64,000 nucleotides of DNA from a virus (IMGVR_UViG_3300020576_004053:1-64000), one strand, 5' to 3'; counted from the stretch's first letter, positions 28,260 through 39,972 are shown. Notes: generated from the letters alone by a model not told the origin. Numbers and translations: made by a program.

Positions 28260-29861
28260 TTAGAATCCCTTACCCACGAAGATGCCGTAATATTTACCAC
28301 CGGCATTGTTTGTTACAAATGAAAAAATATCAGTAGATCCCGATGTAGTAGAGATAGTAGGAGCAGACCCTCCCGGCCATTTTACTTCCGTGGGCCATGT
28401 AATACTAAAACTTCCATTATATCGTGCAATAATCGAAAATGAACTACCTAAACTAGACGATGGTGGATTACTAATGGTAAGCGTTGTAATATTTGCGTTC
28501 ACTAATATATCGAATACGTTGGCAGTAGTGAGATCCACCGTTACCGCATTAGCCGTGATGGTTGGATATGCTACCACTTCAGCATAGTTCTTAATTAACG
28601 GATCGTTTATCGCATTTGCCGATAAGCTGGCACTCGTCAACTGTAGAGACGATGATACTACCCCAGTCGGAACATTGGTAATACCAATATAGCTAATTTG
28701 CGTTGAACTGGAAACTAGCGATGGTACATTTGCCACATTTGGAAAATCTACATACGATGCCGTCGCAATAGTGGTAGGTTTATTCTGCAGAGAGGTATAA
28801 TCGATCTGTGTAGACGCACTTACCAAACTAGGCATACCACGTATGTTAACAAACTCAATTGCATTTGCTAACGATGCCGTGGCAACCGTCCATGTAGAGG
28901 CTTGCGTAGAGCTAGATACAATCCCAACCGGAACATTAAGCAATCCAGTATAATCAATTTGCGCAGAACTGGATACCAGCGTTGGTACATTGACTATGTT
29001 TACATAATTGACATATGATGCCGTCGCAATTGTGGTAGGTTTATTTTGTATCGACGTATAATCAATTTGAGCAGAACTAGATACCAGCGTTGGTACGTTG
29101 ACTATGTTTACATATTCAATTGCATTTGCTAACGATGCTGTCGCGACTGTCCACGTGGACGCTTGGGTAGAACTGCTGATTATACCTGATGGGATGTTAG
29201 ATACGTTGGGATAACTAATTTGGGCAGAGCTAGATACAATCCCAACCGGAACATTAAGCAATCCAGTATAATCAATCTGGGTAGAACTGGATACCAACGT
29301 TGGTACATTAACTATGTTCGCAAAAGCGACATACGATGCCGTCGCAATTGTGGTAGGTTTGTTTTGTATCGATGTATAATCAATTTGAGTGGAACTAGAT
29401 ACTAATCCAATCGGGACACCGGTTATGTTGTCATACACAATTGCGTTTGCTAACGATGCAGTTGCGACTGTCCATGTGGAAGCTTGAGTAGAACTAGATA
29501 CGATTCCACTTGGAATATTAAGCAATCCGGTATAGCTAATTTGAGTAGAACTGGATACTAATGGTGGCACACTAAAAATATTGGCATAATCGATAGCATT
29601 CGCTAACGATGCAGTTGCCACTGTCCACGTGGAAGCTTGCGCAGACGATGACACCAATCCTATCGGTATATTCGAAATATTCTGATAATCGACGCCATTC
29701 ACAGTCGGGCGCGCATTTAGCAGTATAATTTGACCCGATGCATTTTTAGTGAACAATCGTCCATCAGCCGTGTTCAGTACCAATTCTGCCTGATGAATTG
29801 CAGATGGAATTGGTACTGACCCTGATGTAGGATTATCGCGTAATATAATAGTGGCTGTCAT
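28260..29861 (-). CDS. Repetitive Ser/Thr-rich fibre protein
   Basis: N-terminal ELVLNTADGRLFTK, SSS(A/T)Q repeats, C-terminal ITWP..VKWPGG.APT......DIFSF. Confidence 0.75.
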   Translation of the reverse strand: MTATIILRDNPTSGSVPIPSAIHQAELVLNTADGRLFTKNASGQIILLNARPTVNGVDYQNISNIPIGLVSSSAQASTWTVATASLANAIDYANIFSVPPLVSSSTQISYTGLLNIPSGIVSSSTQASTWTVATASLANAIVYDNITGVPIGLVSSSTQIDYTSIQNKPTTIATASYVAFANIVNVPTLVSSSTQIDYTGLLNVPVGIVSSSAQISYPNVSNIPSGIISSSTQASTWTVATASLANAIEYVNIVNVPTLVSSSAQIDYTSIQNKPTTIATASYVNYVNIVNVPTLVSSSAQIDYTGLLNVPVGIVSSSTQASTWTVATASLANAIEFVNIRGMPSLVSASTQIDYTSLQNKPTTIATASYVDFPNVANVPSLVSSSTQISYIGITNVPTGVVSSSLQLTSASLSANAINDPLIKNYAEVVAYPTITANAVTVDLTTANVFDILVNANITTLTISNPPSSSLGSSFSIIARYNGSFSITWPTEVKWPGGSAPTISTTSGSTDIFSFVTNNAGGKYYGIFVGKGF

Positions 29862-29879
29862 ACGAATCTATAAAAGGAA

Positions 29880-30152
29880 TTAATCATTTACATTTTTTCG
29901 TCGTGGAAACAATTGGCCTTGTGATGGTAACGACGCCCATCCTTTTCCAGACGGTATTAACTGTGTACTAGACGGTGCCACTCGTAGTTCAAATCGACCA
30001 TCTAGAAATGAAATACGAGTGGTTGCTGGTATAAATACCGACCGCATCGATACAAATGATCGAAATGATAATTGTACCGTTCCAGAACCTACTGATCCTA
30101 CCGTAGGGGTTAATGTAAGCGGACCACCTCTAAATACTAAATCTACTGCCAT
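29880..30152 (-). CDS. Hypothetical protein
   Basis: 90-aa ORF packed between structural genes. Confidence 0.55.
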   Translation of the reverse strand: MAVDLVFRGGPLTLTPTVGSVGSGTVQLSFRSFVSMRSVFIPATTRISFLDGRFELRVAPSSTQLIPSGKGWASLPSQGQLFPRRKNVND

Positions 30153-30153
30153 A

Positions 30154-32295
30154 TTATGTCTCGGTTATCTGCGCATATACATTGATACCAGCAGGTAATC
30201 CCGCAGATGGTACGAAGCGCCGACGTGTACCTACTTCATTTGGACCTAAATCATTAGATACCAAACTTCCCGTCCATAAACTACCACTATACCATTGGAA
30301 TACGCCATTCGCAGACCCCAAACTTCCCTGTGTCAACACCAATGCCGACGTATCACTTCGATAGTAATTGATCGTCATGTTTGGTGGAGTTGATCCGCTA
30401 AACAATGTATTTTGGGTAAATCCAACCGTACCATTTGTTAAATCGGAATCGTTTAAATTCCATTCCAATTCAGGTAGGATATTTACATCGGCGTCATATA
30501 ACACACTAACCCCGTGAATACGTGCCGGTATACAGGTATTTCCTAATACTTTAAACAAGAAACGGAATTGAATGGCATTAGCGGCTCCCAAAAATTGTAG
30601 ATCCCCGGCCATTCCAACATCACTCCACCCACCGCTATCATCATCAATACCCGCAGTACGTACCTGAATTGAGAATGGTTCAGTCGGAACAATATATGGA
30701 CCGGTTCCTAGCGTTGTAGTAGCATTTACATATACACGGTTAAACGAAATACATCCCACCGTATCGATTTTTGGACTAATGACCGCTTGATTGGTAATGG
30801 ACACATAATCCGAATCGGCACCAAACGGAATTGCATACATTTGATTCGTCGTTGCCGCTAATGAGTTACGACACGCAAATGCAACTCCATCTTCTAACCA
30901 TATATTAAATGGTATAACATTGATAGATGGATTGACGATAGCACCCGCACCAGTACTTTGATCAAATTGTTTGTTGTCGTTAAAAATAATGTGATCAAAT
31001 GGATCTGATACCGTATTGTATTTCGTCACATAAGATCGAATACCTGCCGCACCAGTAGACGTGACCACCAACCGATCAATAGAAGACATATGTTCTACCG
31101 ATGACAGACCACCACCCGCACCAAATGTAGAGGTTCCTCCCGGTGGTATTTCAACCATTTGATCGGCCACAAATGTCGTGGAACCACTCACAATATTTGC
31201 AGTCGGTACTCGCACCACACGAGTTGTTGTCGCAAAATACATACATTCAACACCGCTACCGGGACCATGTCCTAAAGTAATCAACCGACCATTGTTAGTT
31301 TGAGCGGTAGTTCCTACAACACTTCCTAATCCAGTCGCCAGATCCAGTGCTGCCCATGATCGTCCATTACCCAATCCCGTTGCTAAATTTGCTCGCATAT
31401 TGAATTTGTAAATACGAGGAGTCGTTGCAGCGGGTACAGTTAACATATATACACTATGTGACTGCCACGATTCAAACTCAGCCAATCCTAATCCACCCGC
31501 TGTAAGCGATAATTGCGATTGCGGTAACGCGGTATCAGCAAGAAAATATGTTGCTCTAATGTTATCGACCGTTGTGGCGGCGGCAATCGTCGTACCGGCT
31601 GCGATAAACAGATCTGGATTTAATCCTTTTGCAATGTACAATCCACCGGATAGTGCCGTTGCGGCTGTTGTTGCCACGACCGCTCGCAATTCTTCAAACA
31701 CATAGGATGTACCCGACGCTTCCGTTGCGGTATCACTGATCGTCATCTGAACATTGGACGGAATAGCCGATACGTTATGCCACTGCGTTACTTGTGTCGG
31801 ATCAGTCGTACCAAATCCAATACGGCCACCTACCGCCAATCGATCCGTGACCCATAGAGATTGGCTACCTGCTACCGATGAACCGGCAACGGCAACCGAG
31901 CCGGTAGTATACAAATAACGCACCATACGCATCGCACGCACGGTTTGGTTCGTTGCCATGGTCATTGTAATAAATCCATTCCAACTAAATGTCGTGGACG
32001 ACCTATCGTAGGTATACATGAATATACGACGATTGGCAGCAGCAGTCGCAATTTCCGCTAAAAATACCCAGAATACATTAGGTGAAATTTGAATCGCATG
32101 AGGATAGGTCATCGCCACAGCAGTTGATTGTTCCATTGGGCGTGCAATTGCCAATGGTAGTGGACCTGCCCATTTGTCTTCGGCGTCCAATCCATTAACA
32201 CTTGCCATCAACGAAGACAATGATACCTTAGTAGGATCATATGACCCAGTTGCGGGATGTTCTCCAAATCGTATCTCACGTGCGGTAAAACTCAT
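30154..32295 (-). CDS. Putative virion structural protein
   Basis: 713-aa Thr/Ala/Gly-rich beta-type ORF in the fibre cluster, with a GAGG RBS. Confidence 0.6.
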   Translation of the reverse strand: MSFTAREIRFGEHPATGSYDPTKVSLSSLMASVNGLDAEDKWAGPLPLAIARPMEQSTAVAMTYPHAIQISPNVFWVFLAEIATAAANRRIFMYTYDRSSTTFSWNGFITMTMATNQTVRAMRMVRYLYTTGSVAVAGSSVAGSQSLWVTDRLAVGGRIGFGTTDPTQVTQWHNVSAIPSNVQMTISDTATEASGTSYVFEELRAVVATTAATALSGGLYIAKGLNPDLFIAAGTTIAAATTVDNIRATYFLADTALPQSQLSLTAGGLGLAEFESWQSHSVYMLTVPAATTPRIYKFNMRANLATGLGNGRSWAALDLATGLGSVVGTTAQTNNGRLITLGHGPGSGVECMYFATTTRVVRVPTANIVSGSTTFVADQMVEIPPGGTSTFGAGGGLSSVEHMSSIDRLVVTSTGAAGIRSYVTKYNTVSDPFDHIIFNDNKQFDQSTGAGAIVNPSINVIPFNIWLEDGVAFACRNSLAATTNQMYAIPFGADSDYVSITNQAVISPKIDTVGCISFNRVYVNATTTLGTGPYIVPTEPFSIQVRTAGIDDDSGGWSDVGMAGDLQFLGAANAIQFRFLFKVLGNTCIPARIHGVSVLYDADVNILPELEWNLNDSDLTNGTVGFTQNTLFSGSTPPNMTINYYRSDTSALVLTQGSLGSANGVFQWYSGSLWTGSLVSNDLGPNEVGTRRRFVPSAGLPAGINVYAQITET

Positions 32296-32309
32296 ATAAA
32301 AATCCTCAT

Positions 32310-35300
32310 TTATTCAAGCGGTAAAAACATCACAGATGCCGATAGAAATACCGATCCTGTTTGCAAATTTGTAAGCGTGTATGGAATTAAGTTAGATACC
32401 GGCTCATCTAACATTGCCCCGAATGGAAATGGTGATAAGGTACCAGTTAATTGGGTCGATGTCGTGATAAAATCTAATATCACACCATGCGATCCGGTCG
32501 GTTCAACATTAGTACCACGGGAAACGTCCAAATCACGAGATGTAGTGGTTGAATATAGTCGAATTCGTAATGGTTGATCCGTACGAACTAAATACAACAC
32601 AAACCCTGCAGATAAATAGGCCGAACCTGTCTCATGTTGATTCTGTGCCAGTGAAATCGATGACGAAATGGTCGTTAATTGACGAGTAGCTGCCGTAGGC
32701 GCAGGACTACCACCACCATTTAATGCATAACTAGCTGTTAAGGCATATGAGGCAGACGTAATCGATCCCAATAACGATTCTGCTACCAACGCATAAGATG
32801 CGGTATACGAGGTTAATGCAAGTCCTGCTACCAATGCATAGGAAGCCGAATCTACCAACGACATAGACGGTGAAATATACGTGCCACCATCCGCCCACGA
32901 CGTTCCACTAATATATGACGCAGTTGGTGACGATCCTCCCCCACCACCACTACCACCATTTAGTGCATAGCTAGCCGTTAACGCATATGACGCAGACGTA
33001 GCAGATGATATTGATCCTAATAGAGTTTGTGCCACCAATGCATAAGATGCAGTTCCTTCGATATCCCCTAAATACGATCCAGTATTAATCTGAGCCGATG
33101 ATGATACAATGCCAGTAGGAACACCTGTTAATCCGCCATAGGATACCTGTGCCGACGCTGAAATTATACCAACAGGGATATTAGAAAGTCCTACATACGA
33201 TATTTGCGTGGATGATGATACTAATCCAGTCGGAACATTCGTAATACCTGTATAGGATATTTGTGATGACGCAGATACTAAAGTTGGTACGGCACCGATA
33301 TTAGTAAACGCCACATATGACGCAGATGTGGCTGTAGTAGCAGTCGTTGTAGTATTCGCATATGAAGCCGTTGCTGGTATAAACGTAATACTCGTTGCAG
33401 CAGATGCCGATGTCGCATTGTTAGCCGTACCTGCATTCAAGGCATATGACGCCGATCCTTGAATATTCCCTAAGAATGACCCTGTATTGATTTGTACCGA
33501 TGATGATACTAATCCAGTCGGTACATTTGTAATGCCTGTGAACGATATTTGTGCAGAGGATGATACAATACCTACTGGAACATTTGTAATCCCCGTATAC
33601 GTGATCTGCGCAGACGATGTGACAATACCAACGGGTACGTTCGTAATACCTGTGTACGATATCTGATTAGATGCAGATACCAACGTTGGTTTGTTATCTA
33701 TATTGACAAATGTAACATATGATGCCGTCGTTGCAGCCGTCGCAGTGTTTGCATTAACTGCATGGGAGGCACTAACCGGTATAAACGTAATACTCGTTGC
33801 CGCTGAAGCCGTCGTCGCAGTGTTTGCAGTACCAGCATTCAACGCATAGGATGCAGACCCTTGAATATCCCCTAAGAATGATCCTGTATTAATCTGCACC
33901 GACGATGATACTAATCCGGTCGGCACATTGGTAATACCTACAAACGATATTTGGGTAGACGATGAGACAATGCCTACCGGAATATTCGTAATACCCGTGT
34001 ACGATATCTGACTAGATGCAGATACCAACGTTGGCTTATTACCAACCCCCGTAAACTGCACATATGAGGCCGTATCTGCAATTGCGACTACACCCGCATT
34101 TGTTAATGCATATGATGCCGTGATTGCAAAAATAGTAGTATCAGCATTAACCGCATGAGACGCACTAACCGGTGTAAATGTAATGCTCGTTGCGGCAGAT
34201 GCGGTGGTCGCAGTATTGGCGGTACCGGCATTTAACGCATACGAAGCCGACCCTTGAATATCCCCTAAGAATGATCCCGTATTAATCTGCACTGATGATG
34301 ACACAATGCCAATAGGTACGTTCGTAATACCCGTATACGAGATTTGCGTAGACGATGATACTAATCCAGTTGGTAATGAGGATACTGAATTTAATGCATA
34401 CGATGCGGTGGTTGCATATGATGCGGTTGCGGGTGTAAATGTAATGCTCGTTGCAGCAGACGCTGATGTCGCAGTGTTAGCGGTACCCGCATTCAACGCA
34501 TACGATGCAGAACCTTGAATATTTCCTAAGAATGATCCCGTATTAATCTGAACCGAAGATGAGACAATCCCAACCGGAACACCCGTAATGCCCGTATAAG
34601 ATATTTGTGCAGATGCTGATACTAATGTTGGCTTATTGACTACATCGCTATATGTGACATAGGATGCCGTAGCTGCATTTGCAACTGCACCGGCACTTGT
34701 AAGAGCATATGACGCCGTTATTGCCGTATTTGATTGTTCCGCAGTTAACGCATATGACGCTGTAATAGAAACGGACGCAGATGCTACTGTCCATGTAGAT
34801 GCTTGTGCAGAACTACTAATAATTCCGGTTGGAATATTAGATACATTGGGGTAACTAATTTGTGTTGAACTACTAACTAATCCACTAGGTAATTGGGTAG
34901 AACTTGATACGATGCCAATTGGAATATTCGATAGCGATGGATAGCTAACTTGTGTAGAACTGCTAACCAATCCTGTTGGTAATTGTGCAGAACTACTAAT
35001 AATTCCAGTTGGAATATTAGATACACTTGGATAGCTGATTTGCGCAGAACTGCTAACCAATCCCGCTGGCAATGCGGTTGAATTTAACGCATACGAGGAT
35101 GTGGCCGCATAGGATGCTGACGTGGCAGTACCCACTGACGCCGATACAAATCCTTTCGTACCAACATACTGATAAAAGGTAATTTTCGGAGGCATATTGG
35201 CGGGTACGCTTGAATAAAACGATACCACACCACTTTCAGTATCGACAAGCCAATCACCTGATCCGAATGGAATAGATGCGTCAACACTATTTTTTAATGC

Positions 35301-35618
35301 GTAGTTGTAGCTTCCATTTCCAAAATTGAATGGAATCGCATCTCGTAAACTATCATGTTGGAATGCATTAGTCGTACCGGCAACTGCGGTTAACGTCAGA
35401 TCGGCAACATATTTAACTACACCAATAACATGCCCACTCCCAGTAAAGGCGGCAGATTGTGTTGGAATTAAATCAGAATCTGTCCAAATTTGGGATGTGA
35501 GAATAGTTGGTGGTGCATTATATGGTTCTTCGAAGAAATCTCGACTTGATGTAGTCTGGGATTTTCCTAGTAATTTTTTGAACAATAATAATGCTTGTTG
35601 TGCAGTAGTTAGCGCCAT
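32310..35618 (-). CDS. Repetitive Ser/Thr-rich fibre protein
   Basis: Many ASYA, VSSS.QI.Y and QINTGSFLG.IQGSASYALNAGTAN repeats. Confidence 0.75.
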   Translation of the reverse strand: MALTTAQQALLLFKKLLGKSQTTSSRDFFEEPYNAPPTILTSQIWTDSDLIPTQSAAFTGSGHVIGVVKYVADLTLTAVAGTTNAFQHDSLRDAIPFNFGNGSYNYALKNSVDASIPFGSGDWLVDTESGVVSFYSSVPANMPPKITFYQYVGTKGFVSASVGTATSASYAATSSYALNSTALPAGLVSSSAQISYPSVSNIPTGIISSSAQLPTGLVSSSTQVSYPSLSNIPIGIVSSSTQLPSGLVSSSTQISYPNVSNIPTGIISSSAQASTWTVASASVSITASYALTAEQSNTAITASYALTSAGAVANAATASYVTYSDVVNKPTLVSASAQISYTGITGVPVGIVSSSVQINTGSFLGNIQGSASYALNAGTANTATSASAATSITFTPATASYATTASYALNSVSSLPTGLVSSSTQISYTGITNVPIGIVSSSVQINTGSFLGDIQGSASYALNAGTANTATTASAATSITFTPVSASHAVNADTTIFAITASYALTNAGVVAIADTASYVQFTGVGNKPTLVSASSQISYTGITNIPVGIVSSSTQISFVGITNVPTGLVSSSVQINTGSFLGDIQGSASYALNAGTANTATTASAATSITFIPVSASHAVNANTATAATTASYVTFVNIDNKPTLVSASNQISYTGITNVPVGIVTSSAQITYTGITNVPVGIVSSSAQISFTGITNVPTGLVSSSVQINTGSFLGNIQGSASYALNAGTANNATSASAATSITFIPATASYANTTTTATTATSASYVAFTNIGAVPTLVSASSQISYTGITNVPTGLVSSSTQISYVGLSNIPVGIISASAQVSYGGLTGVPTGIVSSSAQINTGSYLGDIEGTASYALVAQTLLGSISSATSASYALTASYALNGGSGGGGGSSPTASYISGTSWADGGTYISPSMSLVDSASYALVAGLALTSYTASYALVAESLLGSITSASYALTASYALNGGGSPAPTAATRQLTTISSSISLAQNQHETGSAYLSAGFVLYLVRTDQPLRIRLYSTTTSRDLDVSRGTNVEPTGSHGVILDFITTSTQLTGTLSPFPFGAMLDEPVSNLIPYTLTNLQTGSVFLSASVMFLPLE

Positions 35619-35619
35619 A

Positions 35620-38600
35620 TCATGTTATTGTTATACTGGTAAACGTACGAGTGCTGCCAGTTGGTAATCCTACTCGTACGAACAATACTCCGGTCAACGC
35701 CACTGATCCAAACGTAATACGTTTCAATGTGGTAGTACTGCTACCAATAACCAAGGCAGGATCACCATTATTGGTCGGGTTACCGGTACCACCATATGCC
35801 GTTGCTCCATCCACCCATCCTGCAGTAGGAGTTGACCCAGACACTTGCACATATACCCACATTGAACTCGTTGTTTGAATAGCTCCAAAATTAGTAGCTC
35901 CATTGAATGTAACTGATATTGCACTTACTGCATTAACAGATTGACTAATCGTATACCATCGCACATTACCAAATGTATCAGGAGTTAATGCCGTATAATT
36001 TGGACCCGCAATTGGATAATTGTTAACATACGTACGTGCCGGTGGATATTGATATATACCGTTGATCATCTGCAATTCTTTATTAGTATCCAGTGACCGA
36101 GATGCAAATAAAGACCACGGACCACCAGTACCTGACGGTGCAGATCCAATAGCTGGATATTGACCGATGCCAGAATATACACGCGTTTCTGTACTGACCG
36201 TATCTACACGAATTAATCTAGACGTACCCAATGATGCAGTGACCGTAGAAGTATGCACGACACCTTGAGAGTTATATGTGTTTCCTGAGAACGACGCCGT
36301 TTCTTGATATTGGTTTGTTAAAATGACAACCGGAATACTTGCCGATACAAACGCACCTGAAATTGGAGCGGATGCCGGTAATGATTGGTTGACGGTTGAT
36401 GCTACCGTAGAACTGGCTGCGTTTATACGAGTGCTATTATAAAACCGACTTACCGCATTTGATCCGGTAAATGTCGCAGTAATAATATCACCTGTCGCTA
36501 AGCTTGGTACACCACTAATATATCGACCTGTATAGGTTGATGCGGATACAGACATGCTTACAGCGGTGGGTGTACGTGGATTATCGATATAGAACGTGTA
36601 TAATGGAGTCGACCCGCCTGTGCTATGAATTAGACGTGTTGTATGCGCCCCTAACGACAATGCAGAAGTAGGCGCAGTGCGTGCGATAAATCCTTTCCAG
36701 AATCCCTGTTGTCCGAATGTTCCCGCATATGGATCAGCATCTTGTGAAATAATCAAGTTACCAAACGTACCAGTATCAGATGCCGTCGTCATAATGCGAG
36801 TTGATGTCGATGACACACCACCATCAAATTCGGCACTTAATGATCCAGCATCCCCATCAGTTGATAGTGTTGTAGATGAACCCGATGTTGCAATTGCCAC
36901 AGTCCAACTTGCGGTTGGTAATGATGACGTAATAGCTGTAGTACGAGAAATACCAGTAGATTCTTCTAGCGCCGTATAAACATTTGGGATAGATAATGTA
37001 CGCGTGCTCAATAACGGGGGTTTTGCCGGTGCAAGTTTTCCTAGAATATCTTCAATTTTATCAAACGCATCTTCAAGTTTATCATTAGTAGCAATACCAG
37101 ATACATTACCAGCTACCCCACCATATACACCATCTGCTGGTAGTCCAATATACACAAGACCACCACTGATATATGATGCGGTATATGATGTCGTTGCAAA
37201 AGATGCTGACACATTCGTCAACGCATTAATCTGAACAGAACTTGACAATATGCCAGTCGGTAGCGTTCCACCACCATTCAATGCATACGACGCAGTTTCT
37301 GCATATGACGCGGAAGTAGCGACAGATGCCGTTGCTACCGTCCATGCAGAAGCTTGTGCCGAGCTACTAACTAATCCAGTTGGTCTATTTGCCACATTGG
37401 TATATGTGACATAGGACGCAGTAGCAATTGTTGTTGGCTGATTTGCAATAGCCGTATAGTCAATCTGCGACGATGCGCTTACTAATGTTGGTTTCCCAGT
37501 TACATTAGTATATGCCACCGCATTAGCTAATGATGCAGTTGCTACCGTCCATGCAGAGGCTTGTGCAGAACTACTGACAATACCCGTTGGAATATTTGTG
37601 ATGCCAGTATAACTAACTTGTGCAGAACTAGATACCAACCCAACAGGTTTTCCCGTTACGTTGGTATATGCTACTGCATTTGCTAACGAGGCAGTTGCTA
37701 CGGTCCATGCAGAGGCTTGTGCAGAACTTGACACAATGCCAATCGGAATATTAGATATACCAATATAGCTAATCTGCGACGATGCACTTACTAAATTTGC
37801 AGGAACATTCACAAGTCCGATAAACGATACTTGTGTGGAACTTGATACCAATCCTACCGGTACACCCGTTACGCCTGTGAATATGATCTGAGATGACCCA
37901 GATACTAATGTCGGTGCATTGTTAACATTTGCAAACGTCACATATGATGCCGTTGCAATTGTCGTTGGTTGATTTGTAATAGCCGTATAATCAATTTGCG
38001 CGGACGCAGATATTAGAGTCGGCTTTCCAGTTATATTGATATAGGCAACTGCATTTGCTAATGAGGCAGTTGCTACAGTCCATGATACCGCTTGTGTGGA
38101 ACTGCTTACAATGCCTACTGGAATATTTGTAACTCCGGTATAGCTAATCTGCGCCGATGAGGATACCACGGTAGGCTTGTTATCAATATCTACCCAGTCT
38201 ACATATGATGCAGACGTAGCCGTTCCGTCTAACGTTCCAGCAAATGATCCAGTATTAATTTGTACAGAACTCGACACTAAGCCCGTGGGCAGCGTCGTTG
38301 AGTTTAGCGCATATGACGCGGTATCTGCATATGAAGCCGATGCGACCAACAGAATTTGGGCCGAGCTAGATAATAATCCAACTGGAATATCAGCGACGTT
38401 ATACCATAATACACGTTCGGTGTATGACGATGACTCAATAGATCCTAATGAATTAAGCGCATAGGACGCAGTTCCTGCATATGACGCAGATCGTGCATTG
38501 ATGGCAAAACTACCATACGACGGGATAGAAACATTTACCGTACCGGATACAGGAGTATTGGGTACAATGACATTTACACCACCCGAAACCGATGCGGCAG

Positions 38601-38661
38601 TATTAACGACTGTAAGATTTACACCAGTACCGACCGTTGAGCCGGTGATTTGAATGATCAC
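35620..38661 (-). CDS. Repetitive Ser/Thr-rich fibre protein
   Basis: SSSAQASAWTVATASLANAV repeats in the N-half, unique C-half. Confidence 0.75.
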   Translation of the reverse strand: MIIQITGSTVGTGVNLTVVNTAASVSGGVNVIVPNTPVSGTVNVSIPSYGSFAINARSASYAGTASYALNSLGSIESSSYTERVLWYNVADIPVGLLSSSAQILLVASASYADTASYALNSTTLPTGLVSSSVQINTGSFAGTLDGTATSASYVDWVDIDNKPTVVSSSAQISYTGVTNIPVGIVSSSTQAVSWTVATASLANAVAYINITGKPTLISASAQIDYTAITNQPTTIATASYVTFANVNNAPTLVSGSSQIIFTGVTGVPVGLVSSSTQVSFIGLVNVPANLVSASSQISYIGISNIPIGIVSSSAQASAWTVATASLANAVAYTNVTGKPVGLVSSSAQVSYTGITNIPTGIVSSSAQASAWTVATASLANAVAYTNVTGKPTLVSASSQIDYTAIANQPTTIATASYVTYTNVANRPTGLVSSSAQASAWTVATASVATSASYAETASYALNGGGTLPTGILSSSVQINALTNVSASFATTSYTASYISGGLVYIGLPADGVYGGVAGNVSGIATNDKLEDAFDKIEDILGKLAPAKPPLLSTRTLSIPNVYTALEESTGISRTTAITSSLPTASWTVAIATSGSSTTLSTDGDAGSLSAEFDGGVSSTSTRIMTTASDTGTFGNLIISQDADPYAGTFGQQGFWKGFIARTAPTSALSLGAHTTRLIHSTGGSTPLYTFYIDNPRTPTAVSMSVSASTYTGRYISGVPSLATGDIITATFTGSNAVSRFYNSTRINAASSTVASTVNQSLPASAPISGAFVSASIPVVILTNQYQETASFSGNTYNSQGVVHTSTVTASLGTSRLIRVDTVSTETRVYSGIGQYPAIGSAPSGTGGPWSLFASRSLDTNKELQMINGIYQYPPARTYVNNYPIAGPNYTALTPDTFGNVRWYTISQSVNAVSAISVTFNGATNFGAIQTTSSMWVYVQVSGSTPTAGWVDGATAYGGTGNPTNNGDPALVIGSSTTTLKRITFGSVALTGVLFVRVGLPTGSTRTFTSITIT

Positions 38662-39017
38662 GGCTGTGTAATTCCAAGTTCAACGGATACTTTACCTTGC
38701 ATAATTCGTAAAGTTTCGGGAGGATTTACCCCATAATTCGTAGAAATTACGTCATAAATGTACTTTTTGTTATCCAGCAGCCACGTTGTTTGTGCTGATA
38801 AATACATGGAGATAGAACCTGATACCGCATTATCGATACTCATTGTAAAGAACAAATATGGGGTGGGATCTGTAATCTTTTCTTTGATCGATCCCGTAAA
38901 CGCCCAATTAGTAATGTCTATCGGTACGTCATTGTCATCCTTGATTACAAACGGTAAATCATACGTTTGATTTTGAAGGATGCATAAATTGTATTCATTA
39001 TTTAATTCACATGACAT
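38658..39017 (-). CDS. BppU-like / fibre adaptor protein
   Basis: PIDITNWAFTGSIK...GSISMYLSA..T..L...KYIYDV...RIMQGKVSV. Confidence 0.65.
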   Translation of the reverse strand: MSCELNNEYNLCILQNQTYDLPFVIKDDNDVPIDITNWAFTGSIKEKITDPTPYLFFTMSIDNAVSGSISMYLSAQTTWLLDNKKYIYDVISTNYGVNPPETLRIMQGKVSVELGITQP

Positions 39018-39056
39018 GCACAGTCTCAGTCAAGGCGTCCATCTATATAAATATCA

Positions 39057-39956
39057 CTAGGTGTGACTATTGATGTATTTTTCCAATTGTTCTATAACCC
39101 ATTCCGGTCGAGTGAGAATATCCGTCTCCCAGAAGATTAATAGCCGGATATTGTTGTCCATACACCACTGTGCTTTTTTGACATCGTTGGAGATATTGGT
39201 ATGTTGTGAATCGAATTTAGGTATTGCATGCTTGGTCGCTGGATTACAATGCCAAAAATTACCATGAACTTCAACGATTATATTACTTTCCGGTAGATAG
39301 AAATCGTAGAAGGCTTTAATGGATTTCACATAAAATTGACGAGTGTATGTAATGGATGCCGAATCTAATAACGCAGCAAGGGTATCTTCTAATTTAGACG
39401 AAATACTCCAAGTGTTGTTGGTCATTCGTCTAAGCATATGCTGTCGTTGCCGTTCTTGCAATTCCGGATCTGACCATGCTTTGATAATACCTTCCCGAGA
39501 CTTCCGCTTATGCTCTTCCGATTTAGGTCTTCCGGTCATGTAATCAGATATTTTCTTAGAGCGTTCAACATTTTCAGAATTTTTCTTAGCAGCAGATTGT
39601 AATCGGATATCGGTATCGATGGACAAACCTTCTGCCCAAACAACCCGTTTTCCTGATTCATAACCATCTTTTGCTATCTTAGATATTTTGTGTTTAGTTT
39701 CATTTGAATGCGTTTTTCCTTGCATAGGATTAGAAGTGCGAGAATTGTGACCTGCTACGTATTCCATAAATTTAGTCGGCATTTCAGTTCGCCATTTAAC
39801 ACGTTCACCACACCCGCATTTGCACGTTGGCCAGACGCCATTCAAATAATATTCTACATAAAACTCAGATGAATGAATTTTATGTACACGACTCACATGT
39901 TTCCTAAGATAGTCATATGACTCAACTTCTTTACTACATCTCTGACAAATAAACAT
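39057..39956 (-). mobile_element. Free-standing endonuclease, C2H2 plus NUMOD3 plus DUF559-like domain
   Basis: CQRC..H...H, CKCGCG, GKTHSNETKHKIS, SEEHKRK, SKLE...YDFYLP...VEVHGNFWH...FWETDI. Confidence 0.85.
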
Positions 39957-39972
39957 TTTCCACCCTTATAAA

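Noticed and set aside
27158-38661. CRISPR array or diversity-generating retroelement in the repeat-rich region
   Set aside because: The repeats are in-frame protein repeats with synonymous variation. I saw no constant repeat-spacer pattern, no reverse transcriptase and no adenine-specific TR/VR pair.
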